From assembly GCA_046754105.1 (NCBI GenBank), contig JBHHVD010000019.1, positions 1 to 41,249 on the forward strand: a stretch of 41,249 nt of DNA, written 5' to 3'. A model generated the notes under the pieces. The model saw nothing but the letters and a program-made list of their open reading frames with translations, was not told the origin of the DNA and ran no database searches. Positions 31,794-40,454 of the stretch are shown here, piece by piece; the stretch's first letter is position 1; each line of letters starts with the position of its first letter. The DNA is from Candidatus Krumholzibacteriia bacterium (GTDB lineage: Bacteria > Krumholzibacteriota > Krumholzibacteriia > WVZY01). A program made the translations under genes and the position numbers.

Positions 31794-34553
31794 TTGCTGG
31801 ACAAGATCGTCATCCGCGGGGCGCGGGAGCACAATCTGAAAAACGTTGATATCGACATCCCGCACGGCAAGCTCACGGTGGTCAGCGGGGTGTCGGGTTC
31901 CGGCAAATCCAGCCTCGCGTTCGACACCTTGTACGCGGAGGGGCAGCGGCGTTACATCGAGTCTCTTACGACCTACGCGAAGCAATTCCTCGACAGGTTC
32001 TCGCGCCCGGACGTGGACGAGGTGTCGGGAATAAGCCCGTCGATCGCGATCCAGCAGAAGAACATGACCCGGAGCTCACGGTCGACCGTAGGCACGACGA
32101 CGGAGATATACGACTATCTGCGGCTGCTCTTCGCTCGCGTAGGCCGGATCTTCTGTCCCGACTGCGAGCGCGAAGTGGTGCCGCTCGAGCCCGACGACGT
32201 GGTCGGCCGCATGCTGCGACAGTATGCACAGGAGACCTTTTACGTCGTGGCACGCGTTACCGCCGCAAACGGGGCAGGACAGCTTCTCGACCGGTTGCAG
32301 AAGGACGGCTATTCCCGCTTGCTGCTCAAGGGGGAGGTGCATAAGCTGGCCGACACCCCGCGGCGGCGGCTTGCCCGGCACAAGTTCGTCGATGTCGTTC
32401 TCGACCGGGTTGCCATTTCCGAAAGCAACAGGACCCGCATATTCGAATCAGTCGAAGCGGCGTACGGCATGGCCGACGGGTTCGTGCGCATGCGGGGAGT
32501 AAAGGAAGGCAAGGAATTGCTGTTCACGCGGGCTCGTGTGTGCGTGTCGTGCGAGAAGGTTCTCGAGGAGCCGCGGCCGATCCTTTTTTCCTTCAATACC
32601 GCCTACGGGGCATGCCCCCACTGCCGCGGGTTTGGCAATCGCATGGAATTCGATGAGCGGCTGATTGTTCCGGATCGTTCGCGGTCGATTCGCGAGTACG
32701 CGATCGAGCCGTGGGCCTCGGAGAAGTTCGATTACTTCTACGGCCGGCTGATCCGTTTCTGCAGGCGTCGAAAGATCTCGGTGACCAGGCCGTACGGAGA
32801 TCTCACCCAGGCCGCGCGAAAGGCCATCATGGAAGGCGAGGGCGACTACGTCGGTGTCGTTCCTTTTCTGGAGGATCTGCGCGAGAAATCCTACAAGAAA
32901 TACGCCCGGTTCTTTACGCGCCGTTACCTGGTCTTTCGCACCTGCCGCAAGTGCGGTGGCGGCCGCCTGCGGCCGGAAGCCTACAACGTGAGGGTCGGAG
33001 GCCGTACGATCCGCGAGGTCGGGGCAATGACGCCCTCCGAGGCGCTCGCCTTCGTCGAAGGACTCGACCTGGATGAGCGCGCGGCGGCGATTGCGAACGA
33101 CATTATGCTCGAGCTTCGCTCGCGCTTGAGGTTCCTTCTCGACGTCGGCCTCTACTACCTGACTCTGGACCGGCTCACCAGGACCCTGTCCGGAGGCGAG
33201 GCGCAGAGAATAAACCTCGCCAACTCGCTCGGCGCCAACTTGATCGGCGTTCTCTACGTGCTCGACGAGCCCAGCGTGGGGCTCCACCCCAGAGATACGG
33301 ACAGCCTCGTCAAGGTATTGACGGAGCTGCGGGAAAGGGGCAACACGGTGGTCGTGGTCGAGCACGATCTGGATATCATCCGCCACGCCGATTACCTGAT
33401 CGATCTTGGGCCCGGCGCGGGGCGGCGGGGCGGAGAAGTGCTCTACCAGGGTGGTCTCGCGGGTGCCCGGGAGCCGCGGTCGAGGACGATCAAGTACCTG
33501 CGGGAAGGCCTGCCGATTCACCGCTCGAACAACGCCGGCGCCGACCGGCCCGAGATCACGCTGGAAGGCGTTTGCGAGCACAACCTGAAGAACATCACGA
33601 TCTCGTTTCCGCGGGGGGCGTTAACGGCTGTGACAGGAGTATCCGGTTCGGGAAAGAGCACGCTCGTTTGCGACGTGTTGTACAACGCGCTCCGCAGCGC
33701 GGACGCGCGGCATACGTTTGCGTACAGCCGGATACGAGGCGCGGAAAACACGGAAAAGGCGATGCTCGTCGACCAATCTCCCATCGGCAAGACGCCGAGG
33801 TCCAACCCCGTGACCTATATCAAGGCCTTCTCGCTGGTGCGCGATTTGTTCTCCTCGGAAAGGGCAGCGAGAAGGCGCGGCTACGCGTCCGGTCGCTTCA
33901 GCTTCAACGTACCCGGTGGCCGATGCAGCCGCTGCGAAGGTATGGGGTACGAGCGCATCGAGATGCATTTCATGGCCGACATGTTCGTTCGCTGCCCGGA
34001 GTGCGAAGGAAAGCGCTTCAACCCGGAGACACTCGAAGTGAATCACCGCGGCAGGAACATCGCCGATGTGCTCGACCTCACCGTCGATGACGCGGTAACG
34101 TTTTTCGGCGACCACAAACCGTTGGTTACGCGCTTGCGCGTGTTACAGCGAGTCGGGTTGGGATACCTGCATCTGGGGCAGCCGGCGACGACTCTCTCCG
34201 GTGGTGAGTCGCAACGGATCAAGATTGCGCGTGAGCTCGCGGAGAACGTGGGGGGGGGCGCCGTCTACATCCTGGACGAGCCCACGACCGGCCTGCACAT
34301 CGAGGATGTCGACGTGCTGGTTCGCGTGCTGCGCGAACTCGTCGACAGGGGGAACACGGTGATCGTGGTCGAACACAACCCGCAGGTCATTCTGCAGGCC
34401 GACCACGTGATCGATCTCGGCCCGGGCGGTGGGGAGGACGGGGGCAGGGTCGTGGCGGCCGGCCGTCCGGCGCAGGTAATGAAAGTGCGAGAATCGTACA
34501 CTGGAAAGTACCTGAGGAAACTGGTACGTACCAAACGGAAGGAACCGGCATGA
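31794..34553 (+). CDS. uvrA: Excinuclease ABC subunit A (UvrA family)
   Basis: RBS AAGGA and TTG start. GAREHNLKN, GVSGSGKSSLAFDTLYAEGQRRY, two LSGGE signatures with LDEP, second Walker A GVSGSGKST, and Zn-finger CxxC pairs. Confidence 0.96.
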   Translation: MLDKIVIRGAREHNLKNVDIDIPHGKLTVVSGVSGSGKSSLAFDTLYAEGQRRYIESLTTYAKQFLDRFSRPDVDEVSGISPSIAIQQKNMTRSSRSTVGTTTEIYDYLRLLFARVGRIFCPDCEREVVPLEPDDVVGRMLRQYAQETFYVVARVTAANGAGQLLDRLQKDGYSRLLLKGEVHKLADTPRRRLARHKFVDVVLDRVAISESNRTRIFESVEAAYGMADGFVRMRGVKEGKELLFTRARVCVSCEKVLEEPRPILFSFNTAYGACPHCRGFGNRMEFDERLIVPDRSRSIREYAIEPWASEKFDYFYGRLIRFCRRRKISVTRPYGDLTQAARKAIMEGEGDYVGVVPFLEDLREKSYKKYARFFTRRYLVFRTCRKCGGGRLRPEAYNVRVGGRTIREVGAMTPSEALAFVEGLDLDERAAAIANDIMLELRSRLRFLLDVGLYYLTLDRLTRTLSGGEAQRINLANSLGANLIGVLYVLDEPSVGLHPRDTDSLVKVLTELRERGNTVVVVEHDLDIIRHADYLIDLGPGAGRRGGEVLYQGGLAGAREPRSRTIKYLREGLPIHRSNNAGADRPEITLEGVCEHNLKNITISFPRGALTAVTGVSGSGKSTLVCDVLYNALRSADARHTFAYSRIRGAENTEKAMLVDQSPIGKTPRSNPVTYIKAFSLVRDLFSSERAARRRGYASGRFSFNVPGGRCSRCEGMGYERIEMHFMADMFVRCPECEGKRFNPETLEVNHRGRNIADVLDLTVDDAVTFFGDHKPLVTRLRVLQRVGLGYLHLGQPATTLSGGESQRIKIARELAENVGGGAVYILDEPTTGLHIEDVDVLVRVLRELVDRGNTVIVVEHNPQVILQADHVIDLGPGGGEDGGRVVAAGRPAQVMKVRESYTGKYLRKLVRTKRKEPA

Positions 34554-35527
34554 AGGTATGCGTGAGTGGAGGGGCAGGTTACATCGGCTCGGTCGTGGCA
34601 CAAGCGCTGGTGGACCGGGACTGCGACGTCACCGTCATCGATAACTTCACGACGGGGCACCGCTCGGCCATCCCCCGGGACTGCCGGGTGGTCGAGGGGG
34701 ACGTGCGGGACGAACGGGCTTTGAGAAAGGCCCTGGGCGCGGGTACCGGCGCAGTTCTTCACTTCGCGGCATTGAGCGTGGTTGCCGACTCGGTACGCGA
34801 GCCGCTGAAGTATTTTGACAACAACGTCGGTGGGACCCTCCATCTGCTCGACGTGATGCGAAAGTACGGGATTCACCGCTTCGTGTTTTCGTCGAGCGCC
34901 GCGGTGTACGGGGAGCCGGACACGCTGCCCATCGAGGAGAACGCGCCGTGCCTGCCCACGAGCCCGTACGGCCAGTCCAAGCTCTTTGTCGAGAAAATCC
35001 TGCAGGCATCGCGGGCGTCGTGGGATTTGCAATTCGTTTCGCTGCGCTATTTCAACGCGGGCGGCAGCACGAAAGTGCACGGCGAGCACCACGAGCCGGA
35101 GAGCCACCTGATTCCGATCGTGCTCGACGTGGCAAGCGGACGCCGCGAGCAACTGACCATTTATGGCGACGATTATGAAACGAAGGACGGTACCTGCACG
35201 CGCGACTACATCCACGTCGCAGATCTTGCCTCGGCCCACGTTCTTGCCCTCGACGCGATGGAGAGAGGCTTTTCGGGCATCCTCAACCTGGGGAGCGACG
35301 AGGCCTTCAGCGTGCTCGAGGTCGCGGAGACGGTCGAGAGGATTACCGGCAAGCCGGTCGCGCGCGCGACGGGTCCCCGCCGGCCGGGCGACCCTGCGGC
35401 GCTGCTGGCGTCGTCAAGACGCGCCGAAGAGACGCTCAAGTGGAAGAAGACATCGAGTTCGCTCGACGACATCGTTCGCTCGGCCTGGGAATGGCGCCTC
35501 GAACACCCGGACGGTTACCCGGACTGA
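34550..35527 (+). CDS. galE: UDP-glucose 4-epimerase
   Basis: ATGA overlap with uvrA. SGGAGYIGS, HFAA, FSSSAAVYG, PYGQSK, LRYFNA, RDYIHV, RRPGDP. Confidence 0.95.
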   Translation: MKVCVSGGAGYIGSVVAQALVDRDCDVTVIDNFTTGHRSAIPRDCRVVEGDVRDERALRKALGAGTGAVLHFAALSVVADSVREPLKYFDNNVGGTLHLLDVMRKYGIHRFVFSSSAAVYGEPDTLPIEENAPCLPTSPYGQSKLFVEKILQASRASWDLQFVSLRYFNAGGSTKVHGEHHEPESHLIPIVLDVASGRREQLTIYGDDYETKDGTCTRDYIHVADLASAHVLALDAMERGFSGILNLGSDEAFSVLEVAETVERITGKPVARATGPRRPGDPAALLASSRRAEETLKWKKTSSSLDDIVRSAWEWRLEHPDGYPD

Positions 35528-35581
35528 CCGGGCTCCCTGCAGCCCCTTACCCGCGGCTAAATTGCACTGCCAGGTGCCCGG

Positions 35582-35596
35582 TGGCACGAAGATTGC
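35582..35596 (+). promoter_or_regulatory. Putative sigma54 (-24/-12) promoter for the GAF protein
   Basis: TGGCACG-AAGA-TTGC, near consensus, intergenic, ~150 nt upstream of ATG 35750. Confidence 0.65.
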
Positions 35597-35749
35597 CTGT
35601 TTTGCCCCCGGCTAGCCGACGAATTGCGCCCGCTGCGCGCGCCGTCGGCGCCCCCGTCGCCACGGCGAGTGCCGTCCGCCACGCCCGCCCGTGAGGAACC
35701 GGCGGCGGGTGTTGAACCAGACCGGAGCATTCCCTCGGGATTCCGTCCC

Positions 35750-37627
35750 ATGAAAAACGAGAATGCAGTTTCTGAACTGGCGTTTCTCTTCAAACTCCTG
35801 CCGGTCATGCAGGAGGTGGAAAGCGTCGATAGAATATATCGTCTCCTGCTGGCGATTACGACGGCCGTGACGAGCATCGTCTACGAGCGCGCGATGGTGT
35901 TCGTGGTCGACGAGCACGAAGGCGTGGTGAGCGGCCGCTACGGGGTCAGTTATCCAGAGTCGGGCGATTCGGAAGATTCCACGTTCGAGGAAATGGCGCG
36001 CCGGGTCTTCGCCACCTATGAGGCCGTCGAGAGCGGTGACCTGACCCTCCGGGCCCGTTCGTTCTCCGTGCCGCTGGGGTGGCACAGGAGTGCGATCGTC
36101 ACGGCTGTCAAGAGCGGATACCCGGTCATTGCCGAGCGCGCCGTGAGTGAATATGCCACCGATCCCTTTTTTGATTTCTTCGAGACCGAAGGATACGTGG
36201 CGGTGCCGATGAAGCTCAACGACCGCGTCGCCGCGGTTCTCGTCGCGGACCGCGCCCGCGCGAGCGAAAATTCCGCGGACGACGTCTCTCTCGTGTACAG
36301 CTTGTCCCAGCAGGCCGCGGCGGCCGCACAGCACCTCCTGGAGATTTCATCGCACAAGCGCAGGTCCCGCATTCTCTTCAAGGTCAACCAGATCCTGGGG
36401 GGTACAAAGGACCGCAGCAAATTCGACGAGGGTCTCAAGCTAGTGCTCATCATGCTGACGCGGGCGATCGGTGCGAGCGGTTGCTTTCTCAAGGACCTGA
36501 CGGGTGAGAAGACCGTGCATATCAAGTCGGTACACGAGTACGCTCCGGACGCGGACGAGGAAGACATTGCGATCGGCGAGACGTTCGAGGGACTGCTGGA
36601 TCGTGCCGCTGGCCGAATGGAGGCCTTCGGGGGGGGTGAGGGGGACGCGCTGCTCGGTGAGGCGGCTAAGTCCATACGCTCCTTCTACGTGTGCCCACTC
36701 GTTGCCGGGGGAGACGTGGCCGGCGCGATCGCCGTATACACCGACACGGAAAACGCCTCTCCCCGCTCCTGGGATCACGAGCGGAGCGGCAAGAGCTTTG
36801 TCCAACTCGTGGCGGGCATTGTCGCTTCACACATTCAGGCGAAGGAAACGGAGCAGCGCATTCGGCGCGCCGAGGAGTTTCTGCAGGAAATGGGGTCCAA
36901 CCTCTCCCGGGAGCGCGATCGTTCGCGGCAGGTTGACAACACGGCCGATTTCCACTCCCGGGTCAGCGGCGATCTCGGGCTCATACAAGAGCACCTGTCC
37001 AGCAAAGCCCCGCACGCCAGGCGCCTGGAAAAGATCGCCGAGTTGGTGGAATCGCTGCGGGGTTATTCGGACTCTTTCAAACGAGGGGTACTGGCCAGGG
37101 CGACGAAATACTCGACCGTCGACATATTTGAAATCACGCGGTGCATCGTCGACGACTGGCGGCCGGAGGTCGTGAAGAAGGGGATCGAAGTCCTAGTTCG
37201 CGTCCCCGCGATGGGCCCCAGTCTCCTGATGGACAAGAAAAAGATATCGCTGGCGATCAAGGGCATCCTCGAGACGACGGCGACGTGTCTCGAGGAGGGG
37301 AATCGAATGCTGATCGAGTGCTCCGCGACGGATGACGGGGTGGTGTTGTGCTTCGCCGACAACGGCTTGGGCCTCCCGGGAGACATCATTTCACGCCTCT
37401 TTATGCCCTTCGAATCGGCAGAAACCTCAGACGAAAAGAAACGGGCTCTATCGCTGGCCGGTGAGATCATACAGAAGCATTCGGGCGAGATCATGATCAA
37501 ATCGTCCTGCAGCTGGAAGACGATTCTGATCCTGACCTTCCCGCGGCCGGCCAATCGGGACCGGCGCAAGGTCCGCCGCGACCGGCGGCGCGCCCGCGAC
37601 CGGCGCGCTCGCGTCAAGGCCCGGTGA
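35750..37627 (+). CDS. Tandem-GAF sensor protein with a degenerate histidine-kinase-like module and Arg-rich tail
   Basis: GAF-like segments (YVAVPMKLNDRVAAVLVAD; FYVCPLVAGGDVAGAIAVY). HATPase remnant FADNGLGLP...RLFMPF...IIQKHSGEI; N-box Asn and G2 glycines are absent. Start ATG 35750. Confidence 0.75.
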   Translation: MKNENAVSELAFLFKLLPVMQEVESVDRIYRLLLAITTAVTSIVYERAMVFVVDEHEGVVSGRYGVSYPESGDSEDSTFEEMARRVFATYEAVESGDLTLRARSFSVPLGWHRSAIVTAVKSGYPVIAERAVSEYATDPFFDFFETEGYVAVPMKLNDRVAAVLVADRARASENSADDVSLVYSLSQQAAAAAQHLLEISSHKRRSRILFKVNQILGGTKDRSKFDEGLKLVLIMLTRAIGASGCFLKDLTGEKTVHIKSVHEYAPDADEEDIAIGETFEGLLDRAAGRMEAFGGGEGDALLGEAAKSIRSFYVCPLVAGGDVAGAIAVYTDTENASPRSWDHERSGKSFVQLVAGIVASHIQAKETEQRIRRAEEFLQEMGSNLSRERDRSRQVDNTADFHSRVSGDLGLIQEHLSSKAPHARRLEKIAELVESLRGYSDSFKRGVLARATKYSTVDIFEITRCIVDDWRPEVVKKGIEVLVRVPAMGPSLLMDKKKISLAIKGILETTATCLEEGNRMLIECSATDDGVVLCFADNGLGLPGDIISRLFMPFESAETSDEKKRALSLAGEIIQKHSGEIMIKSSCSWKTILILTFPRPANRDRRKVRRDRRRARDRRARVKAR

Positions 37628-37792
37628 CGGTCCCGCGCCCGGTTACCTGGGCAAAATCTTGCCAGCGCTGCCGCGCGCTCGGCGGATCACGCGCGGCCGG
37701 AGAAGTGCGTATCGCCTCGAAAACCACATAACTATTTACCAACAAATCAGTTGGAAGTCCCGTGGCGGCGCGAGCCCCAGGCAGCACCACTC

Positions 37793-37807
37793 TGGCATGC
37801 GCCTTGC
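37793..37807 (+). promoter_or_regulatory. Putative sigma54 (-24/-12) promoter for the PAS kinase and response regulator
   Basis: TGGCAT-GCGCC-TTGC with GG and GC 12 nt apart, ~75 nt upstream of ATG 37881. Confidence 0.6.
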
Positions 37808-37880
37808 CCAATCCGGGCTGTACGCCCTTATCCGCACGGGATTTACCCAGTTTGGCCGCTTTCGGCCGGAGGCAACGGGG

Positions 37881-39404
37881 ATGATAGGAAGGACGAGCAA
37901 ACATTTCCGTTCGGTTTTCGAGCATATTCGCGACGCGCTGCTGGTGGTCGACGAGAACGGGGCCATCCACGGGGCGAACCGGGCCGCGTCCGAACTGCTC
38001 GACCTGAGTTCCGGGAGACTGGACGGGGTCGCCTCGCTGTCGAAACGCTTCGTGTTCGATGGAGAATCCGTGCAGGGTCTGGTTCAGCGCACGGAGCCGG
38101 TTCTCGGCCATCCGCTGGAGGACGGTGCGGGCAACGTCGGCGACGTAGCGCTCGACATCCTCGAACTCGCCGAGGCCAACGGAAAAACAAAACTGAAACT
38201 CGTGCACGTGAAAGATTATTCGACGCTGAAGGAACGCGACCGCTGGAAGGATGACCTGGTCTCGACGGTGGCCCACGAGGTCAAGAACCCTCTTTTTGCC
38301 ATGAAGAATTCGATGAATATACTGATGTCTCAAGCACCGGGTCCCGTCAACCCGGAGCAGAACAGGCTGCTCAGCACGTCGATGCGCAGCATAGACCGCC
38401 TGACGCGGCTGCTGGACGGCCTGCTCGAAGTGTCGCGCGTCGGTTCGGGTGATTTCCTGGTCGAGAGGGAGTGGATCGCGGTGAGAGAATTCATGCCCGA
38501 TGTCATCGGATCCTTCGAAAGTCTTTTCAACGTCCAGCAGAAGACGCTCGTCTGCAACATCTCCGACGAGACGGACGAGATCCACGTCGATGCCCTCAAA
38601 CTGGAGCAAATACTGATTAACCTCTTGAGCAACGCCTTCAAGTACACACCGATGGGGGGGCAGATAGAGGTCACGGTAGGGCCGGCGAGTCTCGAAGCAC
38701 TCAGTGACGACTTCAGAATCCTTCCCTGGCGGGATATCTGCGATCCAAGATTCGTGTCTTTCGCGGTGCGGGACAACGGCATCGGCATGACGGGATATAC
38801 ACTCTCCCACCTGTTCACCCGCTATTTCAACCAGGCGCGGCAGGCGGGCCACGAACCCGGCCGCGAACTTCTCAAGGGGTCGCACCTTGGGCTGAGTATC
38901 TCAAAGACGCTCGCGGAGGTGCAGAACGGGACGTTGGCGGTGGAGAGCGAGGCGGGGGTGGGCACTGAGGTTACGGCCTATCTGCCAAAGGATCCGGAAA
39001 CCGCGGAAATCGTCGGACGCTTCAAGTCGATCGAGCGCTGCTTCTTCGCTCATCTGCGCAAGGGCGTTTTTGTCTACGCGCTGCGGAAGTACGAGTCGAA
39101 GCAGTGGGCGGAGATCGTCGAGCCGTGGCCGACAAGACCGGTTGTAAATCCTTGCGGCAGCGCGGCAGAGGAATCCACCGTCCTACTGTGGACGCTGGGC
39201 GATGACGTGGCGGTGGCCGTGGCCGCGGGCGACGACGACCCCGGGCTGATCGGCGACGGCTCCGGCGACGGGAACTCTGACACGTCCGTGGAGGGTTACA
39301 TGGTCGGGCGTTCTTTCGCGCCCGTGGAAGGTTCACGAATAACACAGTTGTTAAACCTCGCGTTCAACCGAATGAGAAACGCATCGCCGGTTCTGAGCCG
39401 GTAA
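37881..39404 (+). CDS. Cytoplasmic PAS-domain histidine kinase with C-terminal degenerate GGDEF-like domain
   Basis: PAS-like VFEHIRDALLVVDENGAIHGANRAASELL. H-box VAHEVKNPL, N-box QILINLLSNAFKYT, G1 VRDNGIGM, G2 KGSHLGLSI. C-terminus LGDDVAVAVA...GRSFAPVEG...QLLNLAFNRM. Confidence 0.88.
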   Translation: MIGRTSKHFRSVFEHIRDALLVVDENGAIHGANRAASELLDLSSGRLDGVASLSKRFVFDGESVQGLVQRTEPVLGHPLEDGAGNVGDVALDILELAEANGKTKLKLVHVKDYSTLKERDRWKDDLVSTVAHEVKNPLFAMKNSMNILMSQAPGPVNPEQNRLLSTSMRSIDRLTRLLDGLLEVSRVGSGDFLVEREWIAVREFMPDVIGSFESLFNVQQKTLVCNISDETDEIHVDALKLEQILINLLSNAFKYTPMGGQIEVTVGPASLEALSDDFRILPWRDICDPRFVSFAVRDNGIGMTGYTLSHLFTRYFNQARQAGHEPGRELLKGSHLGLSISKTLAEVQNGTLAVESEAGVGTEVTAYLPKDPETAEIVGRFKSIERCFFAHLRKGVFVYALRKYESKQWAEIVEPWPTRPVVNPCGSAAEESTVLLWTLGDDVAVAVAAGDDDPGLIGDGSGDGNSDTSVEGYMVGRSFAPVEGSRITQLLNLAFNRMRNASPVLSR

Positions 39405-39429
39405 CATTGTCGGGAAAAGGAGTCCTACA

Positions 39430-39831
39430 ATGGATCAGATCAAGATTCTGCTGGTCGACGATGAACAGGACATCGTCGATACCATTAAGTACAGCCTCGA
39501 GCTACGCGGCTTTGAGGTCGATGTGGCCTACGACGGAATCAGCGCTTTGTCGATGGCACGCAAGGGACACTACGACATTCTTCTGCTGGACGTGATGCTG
39601 CCGGGCAAGAACGGCTACGAGGTTTCACGGCTTCTGAAGGAGGACATCGCGCAGAATCGCATCGAGCCGTTCGGGATCATTCTCATAACGGCCCGGAGAC
39701 TCGACACTGCGGTGCGCGAAGAGTTCGTCTCGACCTGGTCGAAGGCCGACGCCTGTATCTACAAGCCCTTCGAGATGGAAGATCTCACGGACGCCATCAC
39801 TTCTCTGCTCGAAGCCGTCGGTTCGTCCTAG
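39430..39831 (+). CDS. Single-domain response regulator (receiver)
   Basis: RBS AAGGAG. ILLVDDE, YDILLLDVMLPGKNG (phospho-Asp), IILITA, IYKPF. Confidence 0.93.
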   Translation: MDQIKILLVDDEQDIVDTIKYSLELRGFEVDVAYDGISALSMARKGHYDILLLDVMLPGKNGYEVSRLLKEDIAQNRIEPFGIILITARRLDTAVREEFVSTWSKADACIYKPFEMEDLTDAITSLLEAVGSS

Positions 39832-40012
39832 GCCGCCGGCAACAAACGCCCGTCGTCCTCGCTCGACCACGGGTCTGCCCCGTCCTCATGCCCGTCGCGG
39901 TTTCCCCCCATGCGCGGGTCTTGACGAATCTCAATAAAGAAAGGCATTGTGTATCCTGCGCCCGCGGTGTATATTTCGTGAAAATTTTCTCTAATGGCGT
40001 GAAGGGGGGCTT

Positions 40013-40444
40013 ATGCCGGTGACTCGCCGACAGTTTACGAATGCACTTCTCGGGGGCGGCCTGGTCGGTTGGCTCGGCAGCGTGCTGTATCCGATCGTCT
40101 CGTATCTCAAACCGCCCAAGATCCCGGAAGCGAATGTTCATACCGTCAGTGCGGGGCTCAGCGCGGATTTCAAGCCGAACGCGGGCCAGGTAATCAAGTT
40201 CGGCCGCAAACCGGTGCTCGTTATCAAGACGGATAGCGGTGAGTTCCGTGCGTTTTCCGCCACCTGTACCCATCTCGAGTGTATCGTGCAATACCGGTCC
40301 GATCTCAAACAGATCTGGTGTGCTTGCCACAACGGTCTCTATGACCTGAAGGGTCGCAACATCTCGGGGCCGCCGCCTCGCCCGCTGGACGAGTTCGCCA
40401 TTAATATCGTAGACGACGAAGTGCTTGTATCAAAACTGGGGTAG
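40013..40444 (+). CDS. Rieske [2Fe-2S] subunit of a Rieske/cytochrome b complex
   Basis: Tat-like TRRQF plus TM; CTHLEC and CACHNG ligand boxes; GPPPRPL. Confidence 0.95.
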   Translation: MPVTRRQFTNALLGGGLVGWLGSVLYPIVSYLKPPKIPEANVHTVSAGLSADFKPNAGQVIKFGRKPVLVIKTDSGEFRAFSATCTHLECIVQYRSDLKQIWCACHNGLYDLKGRNISGPPPRPLDEFAINIVDDEVLVSKLG

Positions 40445-40454
40445 TGAACCGCCG

